In this document: positions 28,097-37,053 of the stretch, piece by piece
How the letters are laid out: each line of letters starts with the position of its first letter
Numbering within the stretch: position 1 is the first letter of the stretch
Source: an uncultured Prevotella sp.
GTDB taxonomy: Bacteria > Bacteroidota > Bacteroidia > Bacteroidales > Bacteroidaceae
Direction of reading: 5' to 3'
DNA length: 64,000 nt
Assembly: GCA_958369755.1 (NCBI GenBank)
Contig: CATXJC010000002.1
Coordinates: 2,605-66,604, forward strand
The notes under the pieces: model-generated
The model's input: the letters and a program-made list of their open reading frames with translations, nothing else
Told to the model about the DNA's origin: nothing
Databases searched by the model: none
Made by a program: the position numbers and the translations under genes

Positions 28097-28282
28097 ATGG
28101 CAAGACCAATTAGAGAAACGCCAATATTATATGGCAAAGACGCCGAACGCTTTGTTGAAGAAATGAAGCGTGTAGAGAGTTTAACAACAGAACAGCGAAA
28201 AGCTAATAGAGAAAAGCTACAAGCTGAAATCGCTGTTCTTGACAAAGAATGGAATTTAACTTATAATGCACTTCGAGGATGA
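28097..28282 (+). CDS. Small protein, possible orphan antitoxin
   Basis: AGGAGG upstream; MARPIRETPILYGKDAERF N-terminus resembles small Bacteroidales proteins I recall preceding GNAT genes. Confidence 0.6.
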   Translation: MARPIRETPILYGKDAERFVEEMKRVESLTTEQRKANREKLQAEIAVLDKEWNLTYNALRG

Positions 28283-28442
28283 AAATAGACTATCGAAATA
28301 TACAAAAAACATTTCGGGCTGCCTCCATAATGGAAGCAGCCCGAAGTTGTTTATCCATACTTGTAACAGAAGTTCAATTATATATAAACTAAACCCGCTT
28401 ACAAGTCAATGTCTTTACTCCTCTTTATATGCCTCATACTCC

Positions 28443-28532
28443 TCATTTATATGCCTCATACTCCTCACGAGAGATTGGAGTATCCGGGGCAACAATCAAG
28501 ACTTCATCATAGGTCAAGCCATAGAGGTGATA
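28443..28532 (-). pseudogene. 3' remnant resembling the C-terminus of a type IIG (Eco57I/TaqI-like) restriction-modification enzyme
   Basis: Minus-strand YHLYGLTYDEVLIVAPDTPISREEYEAYK*; no credible upstream gene. Confidence 0.55.
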
Positions 28533-28689
28533 GAAAAACAATATGATGGCATTGACATTTATGCTAAAACAGAAATCCACTATTAGATGAAATCAAAGCT
28601 GATTTCGAAAAGTCGGCAAATGATTTAAAAGAGAAATAGTTTCTTGCAAATCCCAAATATAATTGGTTATAAAGCAGCATATATTCAAG

Positions 28690-28771
28690 GCTTTTGCCCT
28701 TACAGGGGCGCAAGGTTACAACACCCTAATACCCAAGGGTGTTGCCCTGGGCTAGGAGCTTCTACCCTTTA
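28690..28771. repeat. REP-like palindromic element, copy 1
   Basis: GCTTTTGCCCTTACAGGG...ACCCAAGGGTGTTGCCCTGGGCTAGGAGCTTCT matches copy at 40958-41042. Confidence 0.8.
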
Positions 28772-28833
28772 CCTTTCCGCTACGCGCCAGTGACCGCATT
28801 TTTTATTATCACCTATTGCCACACTCCTGTTTT

Positions 28834-29472
28834 TTATTCTTTCCTCTTCACCCAAACCTTATGGCTGCCGCGGCCTAGTGAATCTATCGGCGAAGATTTA
28901 TCACAGGTCAGCTCCTTCAGTTCCATAGAGGCGGAAGTACGGCTCAGGTTGTTGATGGAGGCATAATCGCCTAGGGTGAGGACTCCGTTCTTCTCTATCA
29001 CCTCCAGGGCTCTGGCAATGCGCTCTTCCCTGGAATAGAGCTGCTTACGGATAACCTTTACACCACCCATATCACGCTCCAGGTCACGATCGGTTTCACG
29101 CTTCACATCCTTGATAAACTCAGGAGACGCCTTGAAGTTGATGTCCTTCACGCCCACCTTACGATACGTCATCTTATCATCTGGATTCAGAATTTCCCTA
29201 GGCTTCTCATCCTCGAAAGCGAGGGAGAGGGAGAAGGTGCCGAAACCTTCCAGATTCACGTTGTAACCCATGGAGAGCATGTCTGTCAGCATATCAACCA
29301 CATCAGTCAATACAGCCTCCGTGGTACTTTCCGAAATACCGCGATGGTAGTTCTGCATCATCTTGACGAACTCTTTTCGGGATAGTGTACGGTTGGTCAC
29401 CATCTTGGGATAAACTCTGCGCTTGCCATCATAGCGCATATCCCCCATTTCCTGCAATTTGTACTTAGCCAT
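28834..29472 (-). CDS. HU-like DNA-binding protein with C-terminal winged helix
   Basis: VNLEGFGTFSL and INFKAS HU-like motifs; C-terminal LT..DY...NNLSR.SAS.ELKEL wHTH. Confidence 0.82.
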   Translation of the reverse strand: MAKYKLQEMGDMRYDGKRRVYPKMVTNRTLSRKEFVKMMQNYHRGISESTTEAVLTDVVDMLTDMLSMGYNVNLEGFGTFSLSLAFEDEKPREILNPDDKMTYRKVGVKDINFKASPEFIKDVKRETDRDLERDMGGVKVIRKQLYSREERIARALEVIEKNGVLTLGDYASINNLSRTSASMELKELTCDKSSPIDSLGRGSHKVWVKRKE

Positions 29473-29611
29473 ATCAGTTTCCTTTCTTATTTTAGTTTAT
29501 CTGTATTTCTTATTGCAGCAGCCTTTGCATCCTACAGCATTTATGATCACACTTAAGAAGAAAAGACCACAAACCTAGGAAGAAAAGTATTTTATCCTAG
29601 GAGAAATCTCC

Positions 29612-29691
29612 GTTCATAGACACTGAACCGACATTCAAAGTCTATGAACCGCCGTTCAAAGACACTGAACGGACATTCAATGTTTATGAAC
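29612..29691. repeat. Four 21-bp-spaced palindromes RTTCA-N7-TGAAC
   Basis: Units at 29612, 29633, 29654, 29675, alternating two variants. Confidence 0.85.
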
Positions 29692-29836
29692 GAAGATTTC
29701 TACCTTGCAAAGATACAACTTTATCAGATATAAAACAAGACTTTTCCTGAATATCTTTACTTTTCCGGCCATAATTCTTCGTTTTTTGAGCTTATTTCTT
29801 TGCGTATCCCAAATAATTGTGTTAACTTTGTAGTCA

Positions 29837-29901
29837 GATTGTAAGCCAAAGGTCAAAGGATTGCAAGCAAAAGGCCAAAGGATTGCAAGCAAAAGACAAA
29901 G
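29837..29901 (+). repeat. Three ~22-bp tandem repeats in the sbcD leader
   Basis: GATTG(T/C)AAGC(C/A)AAAG...CAAAG x3, just after TAACTTTG promoter box. Confidence 0.75.
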
Positions 29902-29926
29902 ATAAAGACTAAGATTAGACATTCTT

Positions 29927-31240
29927 ATGAGTATGAAGATATTAGCAACCAGCGACTGGCATCTGGGCAACCTGTTTCACGGCAACGACCGTCTGCCGGA
30001 ACATAAGCATTTCCTGAAATGGCTCCTGGAGCAGATAGCTGGACAAAAACCCGATGCTCTCCTCATAGCAGGAGACATCTTTGATAACGGAAATCCATCG
30101 GCAGCGGCACAGACCGTTTATTACGAGTTTCTTGCCGATACTACCCAACTGTGCCCTAACATGCAGGTCATCATTACCGCCGGCAACCACGATTCCGCCA
30201 GCCGACTGGAGGCTCCCCGTCCGCTGCTCACCCGATACCACGTGGAAATAAGAGGAAACGTAAGGAAAATCTGGAAGCAGGGAGAAAACGGGGACGATGA
30301 TAAAACCGGCGGACATTGGATCTATTCCTTCGATGACCTCATCATCCCCGTAACCAACGAGGCAGGAGAAGAAGTCATCATTCTCGCCGTACCTTTCCTA
30401 AGAAGCGATGTGGTGCAGAACGCCAGTTACTCGCAGGGAGTCAACGACTTTCTAAGAGAACTGACGGCTGAGGCTCGAAAGAAACACCCGGGCAGGAAAT
30501 GCATCATGATGGCACACATGTACGCCAAGGGTTCGGATATCGCCAAGAAGGATGCGAGCGAGAAGATTATTATCGGCGGACAGGAGGAAGTGGACCTGGA
30601 AGGATGGAACGACCATCCCGACTATATGACTTGCGGACACATCCACAAACGGCAACATATCTGGAACACCGACTGGGCAAGATATACGGGAAGTATCCTC
30701 CCGATGTCGTTTGCCGAGAAAGACTACACCCACGGCATCGACCTCATCACCATAGAACACGGAGAAGAGGAGGAAGGAAAGGAAACCGGTAAGAGCAAGG
30801 AATGGAAAGTAGATTTCCTGGAATACAAGCCTCAGCACGCCCTCCGCATCCTGCCCGAAGATGAGGAAGAACTGACCTTCAAGAAATGGCAGAAGCTCAT
30901 CAATTCTGAACTTTCAGAGAGAACAGACGGCGAACTGAGCGACCACTTCGACTACGTGATGCTGAAGGTGAAACAGGAGAAACTATCGAGCGATGACATC
31001 AAGGAACTGGAGAAACTCGTCAACGAAAAGGATGCCGTGCTCTGCAAAATCCAGCGCATCATCCCGCAACTGGACCTCTCCACCATCCAGGGTTCCCAGC
31101 ATATCACCAGCATAGAAGACATCATCAACCGTCCTCCACTCGACACGCTGAAGGAAGCCTTCGCCATCAGGCACAACGCTCCGATGAACGAAAGACAGGA
31201 GAAAATGTTATCCGATTTATTAACTACATCATCATTATGA
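29927..31240 (+). CDS. sbcD: Exonuclease SbcCD subunit D
   Basis: SDWHLG, AGDIFD, AGNHDS, GHIH, YTGS metallophosphoesterase motifs. Confidence 0.93.
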   Translation: MSMKILATSDWHLGNLFHGNDRLPEHKHFLKWLLEQIAGQKPDALLIAGDIFDNGNPSAAAQTVYYEFLADTTQLCPNMQVIITAGNHDSASRLEAPRPLLTRYHVEIRGNVRKIWKQGENGDDDKTGGHWIYSFDDLIIPVTNEAGEEVIILAVPFLRSDVVQNASYSQGVNDFLRELTAEARKKHPGRKCIMMAHMYAKGSDIAKKDASEKIIIGGQEEVDLEGWNDHPDYMTCGHIHKRQHIWNTDWARYTGSILPMSFAEKDYTHGIDLITIEHGEEEEGKETGKSKEWKVDFLEYKPQHALRILPEDEEELTFKKWQKLINSELSERTDGELSDHFDYVMLKVKQEKLSSDDIKELEKLVNEKDAVLCKIQRIIPQLDLSTIQGSQHITSIEDIINRPPLDTLKEAFAIRHNAPMNERQEKMLSDLLTTSSL

Positions 31241-34200
31241 AATTCCTACAACTCGAAATACTCAACCTCGCTTCGCTTGACAAACAGGGAGGCGAGGTCA
31301 TCAACTTTGAAGAAGGTGCCTTAGGCGAAAGTACTATCTTCAGCATCGTAGGTCCGACGGGAAGTGGCAAGTCTACCCTACTCGATGCCATCTGTCTGGC
31401 TCTCTACAACCGCGCCCCTCGCTACCCTAGGAAGAAAGGCGACAAGAACCAGAGCATCGAGATTTTCGGAGCTGCCGATGCCAGCGAAAGTAACCGTCTG
31501 GCGCCTACCGACAGCCGAAACATCCTGACCCGTGGCAAGAAGGAAGGCTACAGCAAACTCACCTTCCTTGCCAACAACGGCAGCATCTACCGCGCAGAAT
31601 GGCACGTCAGATTCCAGAGAGTGCGCTACGAGAACGCCAAGACTGCGCTTTATAAAATCACGAGAAACGGAGAAGAGATAACAGAGGAAGCTGCCGACTG
31701 GAACGAGCTGCCGAACATCATCGGACTCGACTACGACCAGTTTCTCCGTACCGTGCTCATCGCCCAAGGCTCGTTTGCCAACTTCCTGACGGCGAAGGAA
31801 AACGAGCGGTACGAACTCCTGGAAAAACTCATCGGATGCGAGGAAACTTATACGAACATCGCTACTGAAATCAAGAAGGCGAAAGACCAGGCGACGGATG
31901 CCTATAACCAGATGGCAGCATCGGTGGAAGCCGTAAAACAGAACCTGCTGAACGATGAAGAACTTGCCCAACTGAAGGAGGAAATCGCCCGGTTGGAAAA
32001 GGCTGAGAAGGAACTCGACAGCCAGTTGCAAGCCATTTCGAAAGACCTGCAATGGTTTGAGGAAAACGATAAGCAAATCAAACAAATCGCTATCTGCCAG
32101 ACTGATATGGAGCAAGCAGCAGAAGCCATTAAAGCGATGCAAGCCCAGATTCTCCGTCTGCAGTTGCACGATGAAGTACAGCCTGCCGTCAACCTACTAC
32201 AAGAAGTAGAACGACAGACGCAAAGCATCCACGAGCAGGAAGAAAACATTCTGAAAGCGGAAGGAAACATCAAAAGTCAAGAGTCTGCCATCAGCGAAAG
32301 CGAGAAAACTCTCGCCAGTCTGAAGGAAGCAGTAAGCAAGGCACAGGAACAGCTGGAAAAGGCGCAGCCGGTCATCGCTGAAGCAAGGGCGCTGAAAACA
32401 AAAATGGAAGCGGCGATGCCGAATCTGAAAGAAAAGAAAGAGGCATTGGAGTTGGCTCAGAAAGAGAATCTAACTGCCCTGAAAGACGTGGAGGAAAACG
32501 CCCGAAACATCCAAAAATGGGAAGCCGAAACGGAGAAAGCGAACCTTGCCCTCAAAACGACAAAGGAAGAGATTGCCAAGCAGAAACAGGTTCTGCACGA
32601 AGCGACGCAAGCCGCTGAACAGGCTTGGGAGACGGAAAGAAACAAGACTGCCGGACAGAACATAGAGGAACTGCAGAACAGCAAGACTGTAGCCGACAGG
32701 AAACTGCAGGATGTCCAGCAAGCCATCAAGGTTGTGGCTCATCTCGATGCCGCCACAACAGAAAAGCAGAAGAATGAGGAGCACATCCTGGTCTTGGGCA
32801 AGAGAAATGCTGAGATAGATGAAGCGCTGGGCAAGTTAACCATCGAGGCGCTGACCCAAGAGACCCTGACGCTGAGAAATGCCTATACCCTCATGGTAAG
32901 TGAAAAATGGGAGATTCATCGTGCCAACCTGACGGAAGGCAAACCTTGTCCACTCTGTGGCAGCACGACCCATCCTTATCATACCGACAACAGACAGTTT
33001 GTGGAAGCCACCACGGAACTCTCTCAACTTCTGAAAGCCAAGGAGGATCTGCTGAAACAGCAGCAGAAAGAGGAGAAGAACCTTTCCGGCGAGAGAAAAC
33101 AGAACGATGGTGAAGTACAGACGCTCCAGAAACAACAGGAAAAGCTCTCGGGAGAAATCGCCAGTTACGAAGAGGAATGGAAGGCGTTCATCGCCCAGTA
33201 TCCAAAGATTCCGAAGGCTGAGGCAGAACTGAAATCGCTCTTGCCTATCTATGAAAACAAGGCGAAAGATGCGAGCAGCAAACTGAGCCAGTTTAACAAG
33301 ATTCAGAAAGAGATAGAACGGCTGACCCAACTCAAGGATAAGGCTGTAAAGGATGAAGCTGCGTATGAAAGCAAGGCTTCTACTATACAGAACAAAGCCC
33401 AAGAAAGCACTTCAACCTGCGTAACAAAACTGGCTGAGCAGAAAGCACTTACCATCAACCTCATCTCACAGCAAAAGAGTAAGGAGGAGGCTTACGGGAA
33501 AGCCCTTCAGACATGGAATAGCGCCAAGAAGGAAATGGAGGAATGGCAGGAGAAATACAAGCAGATTCTGAATGGAGAAGAACCAGACGCGGCTGAACAA
33601 AGACTGACAGCAGCAAAGGATGAGGCAACGAAAGCAGCTGATACTCAGAACGAGAATATCAACAAACTGAAGGCGGAACTCGCCAACAGTAAAGGTTCGC
33701 ATCAAACCATGCTGTCTCAGAACAAAACGATGAAAGAGAATCTGCAAGCGAAGGAAAAGGAACTCGACTTTTGGATTGAGGAATACAACAAGCAGCTTGA
33801 AGAAAAGAGCATCGAAGGAAAAGACTCCGAAGAGGAAGGCATCGAGGAAAGAAGTATCGAACCAAGCCTTATCGACCGAAATATCATCCGGGAGATGCTT
33901 CACTCTGCCGAAGACTGGAATGCCATCCGACGGGAAAAGGACGAAAAGGAGAAAGCCGTGGCTTCAACTACCGCCCTTTACCAGAGTGCAGAAAAGGCGC
34001 ATCAGCAGCACTTGGAACATCAGCCAGCCCAAAGCCGTGATGCTCTTTTAGCCATTCAGCAGGAGTATCAGGAGAGAAGCCAGCGCAACGAACTGATTGC
34101 TGCCAACGCCAGGATGCAGAACCATCAGGAAGCCGTGAAGCTGTTGGGCGACAAGGCTGAGGCTCTGCAACTCGTAACACAGGAAAAGGACGACTGGACA

Positions 34201-34692
34201 GCCATTACGGATGCCATCGGAGCAGACGGAAAGACGCTGCGCAAGATAGCCCAATGCTATACGCTCAGTTTCCTGATAGCGCACGCCAACCAGGAAATCA
34301 GAAAGTTCAACAGCCGTTACGAACTGCAGCAGGTAAAGCATTCGCTGGGCATCCGAGTCATCGACCACGACCGTGCCGATGATATCCGAGACACCACCTC
34401 CCTATCAGGTGGCGAAACCTTCATCGTGAGTCTGGGTCTCGCCTTGGGCTTGTCGGCATTATCCTCCCGCAACATCTCCTTCGAGAACCTGTTCATCGAT
34501 GAAGGCTTCGGAACCCTCGACCCCGATACCTTAGCCACCGTCATCGACTCCCTCGCCATGCTGCAAAGTTCGCAAGGCAAGAAGGTGGGCGTCATCAGCC
34601 ATACCGACACGATGAGCGAGCGCATCACCACCCAGATAAGAATTATCAAGAATGGCAACTCCGGCAGCAGCCATATCGAGATCTATCCTTAA
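31237..34692 (+). CDS. sbcC: Exonuclease SbcCD subunit C (Rad50-like)
   Basis: GPTGSGKS, QGSF, CPLC zinc hook, LSGGE, LFIDEGFGTLD, long coiled coils. Confidence 0.95.
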   Translation: MKFLQLEILNLASLDKQGGEVINFEEGALGESTIFSIVGPTGSGKSTLLDAICLALYNRAPRYPRKKGDKNQSIEIFGAADASESNRLAPTDSRNILTRGKKEGYSKLTFLANNGSIYRAEWHVRFQRVRYENAKTALYKITRNGEEITEEAADWNELPNIIGLDYDQFLRTVLIAQGSFANFLTAKENERYELLEKLIGCEETYTNIATEIKKAKDQATDAYNQMAASVEAVKQNLLNDEELAQLKEEIARLEKAEKELDSQLQAISKDLQWFEENDKQIKQIAICQTDMEQAAEAIKAMQAQILRLQLHDEVQPAVNLLQEVERQTQSIHEQEENILKAEGNIKSQESAISESEKTLASLKEAVSKAQEQLEKAQPVIAEARALKTKMEAAMPNLKEKKEALELAQKENLTALKDVEENARNIQKWEAETEKANLALKTTKEEIAKQKQVLHEATQAAEQAWETERNKTAGQNIEELQNSKTVADRKLQDVQQAIKVVAHLDAATTEKQKNEEHILVLGKRNAEIDEALGKLTIEALTQETLTLRNAYTLMVSEKWEIHRANLTEGKPCPLCGSTTHPYHTDNRQFVEATTELSQLLKAKEDLLKQQQKEEKNLSGERKQNDGEVQTLQKQQEKLSGEIASYEEEWKAFIAQYPKIPKAEAELKSLLPIYENKAKDASSKLSQFNKIQKEIERLTQLKDKAVKDEAAYESKASTIQNKAQESTSTCVTKLAEQKALTINLISQQKSKEEAYGKALQTWNSAKKEMEEWQEKYKQILNGEEPDAAEQRLTAAKDEATKAADTQNENINKLKAELANSKGSHQTMLSQNKTMKENLQAKEKELDFWIEEYNKQLEEKSIEGKDSEEEGIEERSIEPSLIDRNIIREMLHSAEDWNAIRREKDEKEKAVASTTALYQSAEKAHQQHLEHQPAQSRDALLAIQQEYQERSQRNELIAANARMQNHQEAVKLLGDKAEALQLVTQEKDDWTAITDAIGADGKTLRKIAQCYTLSFLIAHANQEIRKFNSRYELQQVKHSLGIRVIDHDRADDIRDTTSLSGGETFIVSLGLALGLSALSSRNISFENLFIDEGFGTLDPDTLATVIDSLAMLQSSQGKKVGVISHTDTMSERITTQIRIIKNGNSGSSHIEIYP

Positions 34693-34708
34693 CAGAACGA
34701 AATATCTG

Positions 34709-34776
34709 ACGATAGCAAGTTATGCTCTGAATAACTCCAAACCATTCGAGTTACTTTAGAAAGCACTTGCTATCGT
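34709..34776. terminator. Long imperfect hairpin between convergent genes
   Basis: ACGATAGCAAGT...ACTTGCTATCGT outer arms with inner TAACTC/GAGTTA pairing. Confidence 0.6.
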
Positions 34777-34805
34777 ACAGAAATATATGTATATTATAAT
34801 ACGTT

Positions 34806-35683
34806 TTACACGTCATGATTCAATACTACCCAATAACCATTCTTACGACCTCCTTCACGTTTCAAGACCTGAAATTCTTCCTGTAAATACTTTAGTTCCT
34901 GAGAAATCTTTCTTGCAGATATGCCCATCTTTCTTGCTAATTCTGGTATTGTTAACTTAGCATTCTCAGACAACGCCCCCATGATAAGCATCTGTAATTC
35001 AGACAGTTCTTTCTTGCATTCTTTCTTGCATTCTTTCTTGCATTCTTTCTTGCATTCTTTACCAATAGGCACACCGATATAGTCTAAATTACATGGTATA
35101 TCTATTAAGAAATATGTACGTTCCTCATCGGTCTCAATTATTGCACGAGGCGAACCGTTTTCCTGCAACTTCTGCTGAATAGTAGGAATCCCCGTAGCTC
35201 TACCCTCTGTCAAATTCAATTCCTTTAAGAACTCTCCCAATCGGCGGTTTGTGTATCGACGAGAACGAAGCATACGAGCTTCTTTTATAGCCTGCATAGA
35301 TATTGTGTGATTAGGTCCTCCAAAATTGAGAATACTAATCTTATCTGGTTCGATAGTTATCTCAGAATAGTCTTGCCATCAACCTCTTCAATGAAAAGAC
35401 GAGGTTGATAGTATGGACGGATAAGATTATTGTAACCAACCATATCCTTCTCTATCTGTTCTATCAAATTAGGATTAACACCTAAAACAGGACGAACAGC
35501 ATGACCGCGTTCTTCCTTTACACCAACAATGATATACCCACCACCAGTGTCTTCAAAATCATTGGCAAAGGCACAGATGCTACGATATATTGTATCTGGA
35601 TTCCAACCTTCCTTGTATTCAAGCTGGTTGCTTTCTACTGCACTTCCACTAAGAAGGCTTTCTATATTTATCGGTAATGCCAT
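34806..35683 (-). pseudogene. Internally deleted AlbA_2(Schlafen)-HATPase-HTH transcriptional regulator
   Basis: N-part (LEYKEGWNP, ICAFAND, GGYIIVGV) stops at 35357; C-part (EITIEPDK...NRRLGEFLK...EGRATGIP...HTH...REGGRKNGYW) begins in another frame at the same point. Confidence 0.8.
35007..35060. repeat. 12-bp tandem repeat x4.5 (encodes KECK repeats)
   Basis: TTCTTTCTTGCA x4 plus TTCTTT. Confidence 0.9.
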
Positions 35684-35839
35684 GATTTATTAATTTTATA
35701 TCGTACAAATATACTCTTTTTATTTGATACTAACAACTTCTTTATAATTATTTAGCAATAAAATGAAGATACTATTTTAATTGGTCTATACCAATTACAC
35801 CTTATTATATATAGGATACATATCCTTATCCATCATACA

Positions 35840-35954
35840 TACCATACGTTTGGCAGCCTTATACCAAATGTATGGTATGTTCTTTACTCCCTGTATGGTA
35901 GTCTTTTTACACCCCATGTGGTATTGCCCAAGTGGGGAAATCGCAGTACCTTTG
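35840..35954 (+). promoter_or_regulatory. cysD promoter with four phased TAC(C)-N8-GG(T/C)A palindromes
   Basis: Boxes at 35840, 35862, 35885, 35908; GGTATTGCCC 35920-35929; TACCTTTG 35947-35954. Confidence 0.8.
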
Positions 35955-35989
35955 CACCCAGAAAATAATAATAAAAAAAGACATAGATT

Positions 35990-36895
35990 ATGGACAATAA
36001 GACTATCAAACATCTCAAGGAACTGGAGGCAGAATCTATCTACGTGCTCCGCGAAGTAGCTGCCCAGTTCGAGCGTCCAGTCATCCTCTTTTCGGGTGGC
36101 AAGGATTCTATCGTGATAACATATCTCGCCTACAAGGCATTCTATCCGGCGAAGATTCCATTCCCTCTGTTGCACATCGACACAGGACATAACTTCGAGG
36201 AAACCATCCTGTATCGTGATGAACTGGCGAAGAAACTCGGAGCCGAACTCATCGTGGGCAGCGTGCAGGAAAGCATCGACAAGGGACGAGTGAAGGAAGA
36301 AACGGGTTATTATGCATCCCGCAACAAACTGCAGACCACTACCCTGCTCGATACCCTGGAGGAATATAAATTCGATGCAGCCATCGGAGGCGCAAGAAGA
36401 GATGAGGAGAAGGCACGTGCCAAGGAACGCTTCTTCAGTCATCGTGACGAATTCGGACAGTGGAACCCGAAGAACCAGCGCCCTGAGCTCTGGAACATCT
36501 TCAACGGCAGAAAGAACATGGGCGAGCACTTCCGTGTGTTCCCTATCTCCAACTGGACCGAGATGGATGTATGGCAGTATATCTTCCTGGAAAACATCCC
36601 GATGCCTTCGCTCTACTTCACCCACGAAAGAGAGGTATTCAACCGTGACGGACAATGGCTCGCAGCCCTGCCTTGCATCAAGCGCAAGCCTACAGAGGAA
36701 GTGGTAAAGAAGCTGGTTCGCTGCCGCACCATCGGTGACATCACCTGCACCGGACTCACGGAATCGAAGGCGACTACCGTAGCGGATATCATCGACGAGA
36801 TTGCTTCTACACGCGTTACTGAACGTGGAGGAAGAGCCGATGACAAGCGAAGCGAAACGGCAATGGAAGACCGCAAGAAGGCGGGATACTTCTAA
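35990..36895 (+). CDS. cysD: Sulfate adenylyltransferase subunit 2
   Basis: FSGGKDS, GGARRDEEKARAKER, FPISNWTE, MEDRKKAGYF. Confidence 0.97.
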   Translation: MDNKTIKHLKELEAESIYVLREVAAQFERPVILFSGGKDSIVITYLAYKAFYPAKIPFPLLHIDTGHNFEETILYRDELAKKLGAELIVGSVQESIDKGRVKEETGYYASRNKLQTTTLLDTLEEYKFDAAIGGARRDEEKARAKERFFSHRDEFGQWNPKNQRPELWNIFNGRKNMGEHFRVFPISNWTEMDVWQYIFLENIPMPSLYFTHEREVFNRDGQWLAALPCIKRKPTEEVVKKLVRCRTIGDITCTGLTESKATTVADIIDEIASTRVTERGGRADDKRSETAMEDRKKAGYF

Positions 36896-36900
36896 TTTTC

Positions 36901-37044
36901 AATGTTGAATGTTAAATGTTGAATGTTGAATTAGCATAGCAGTCATATACAGCAAACAACTTAACACTTAACATTTAACACTTAACATTTAAATCAAGGT
37001 GAAGGTGAGGGCGCTAGCCCATTTAACATTTAACACTTAACATT
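36901..37044. repeat. Heptamer-array inverted repeat element
   Basis: AATGTTG/AATGTTA x4, complementary TTAACAC/TTAACAT arrays and GGGCGCTAGCCC at 37009-37020. Confidence 0.8.
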
Positions 37045-37053
37045 AAAAGAAAC

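Noticed and set aside
28266..28586. 106-aa ORF as a real gene
   Set aside because: It spans a tandem duplication and an opposite-strand remnant, so it looks like a chance frame across scar DNA.
29612..29691. 21-bp-period palindromes (and the array at 9581-9685) as a mini-CRISPR
   Set aside because: The period is too short and there are no spacers.
29927..34692. SMC-like pair as a Wadjet or Lamassu defence system
   Set aside because: Canonical SbcD nuclease plus SbcC with zinc hook. No JetABD or Lamassu effector genes.
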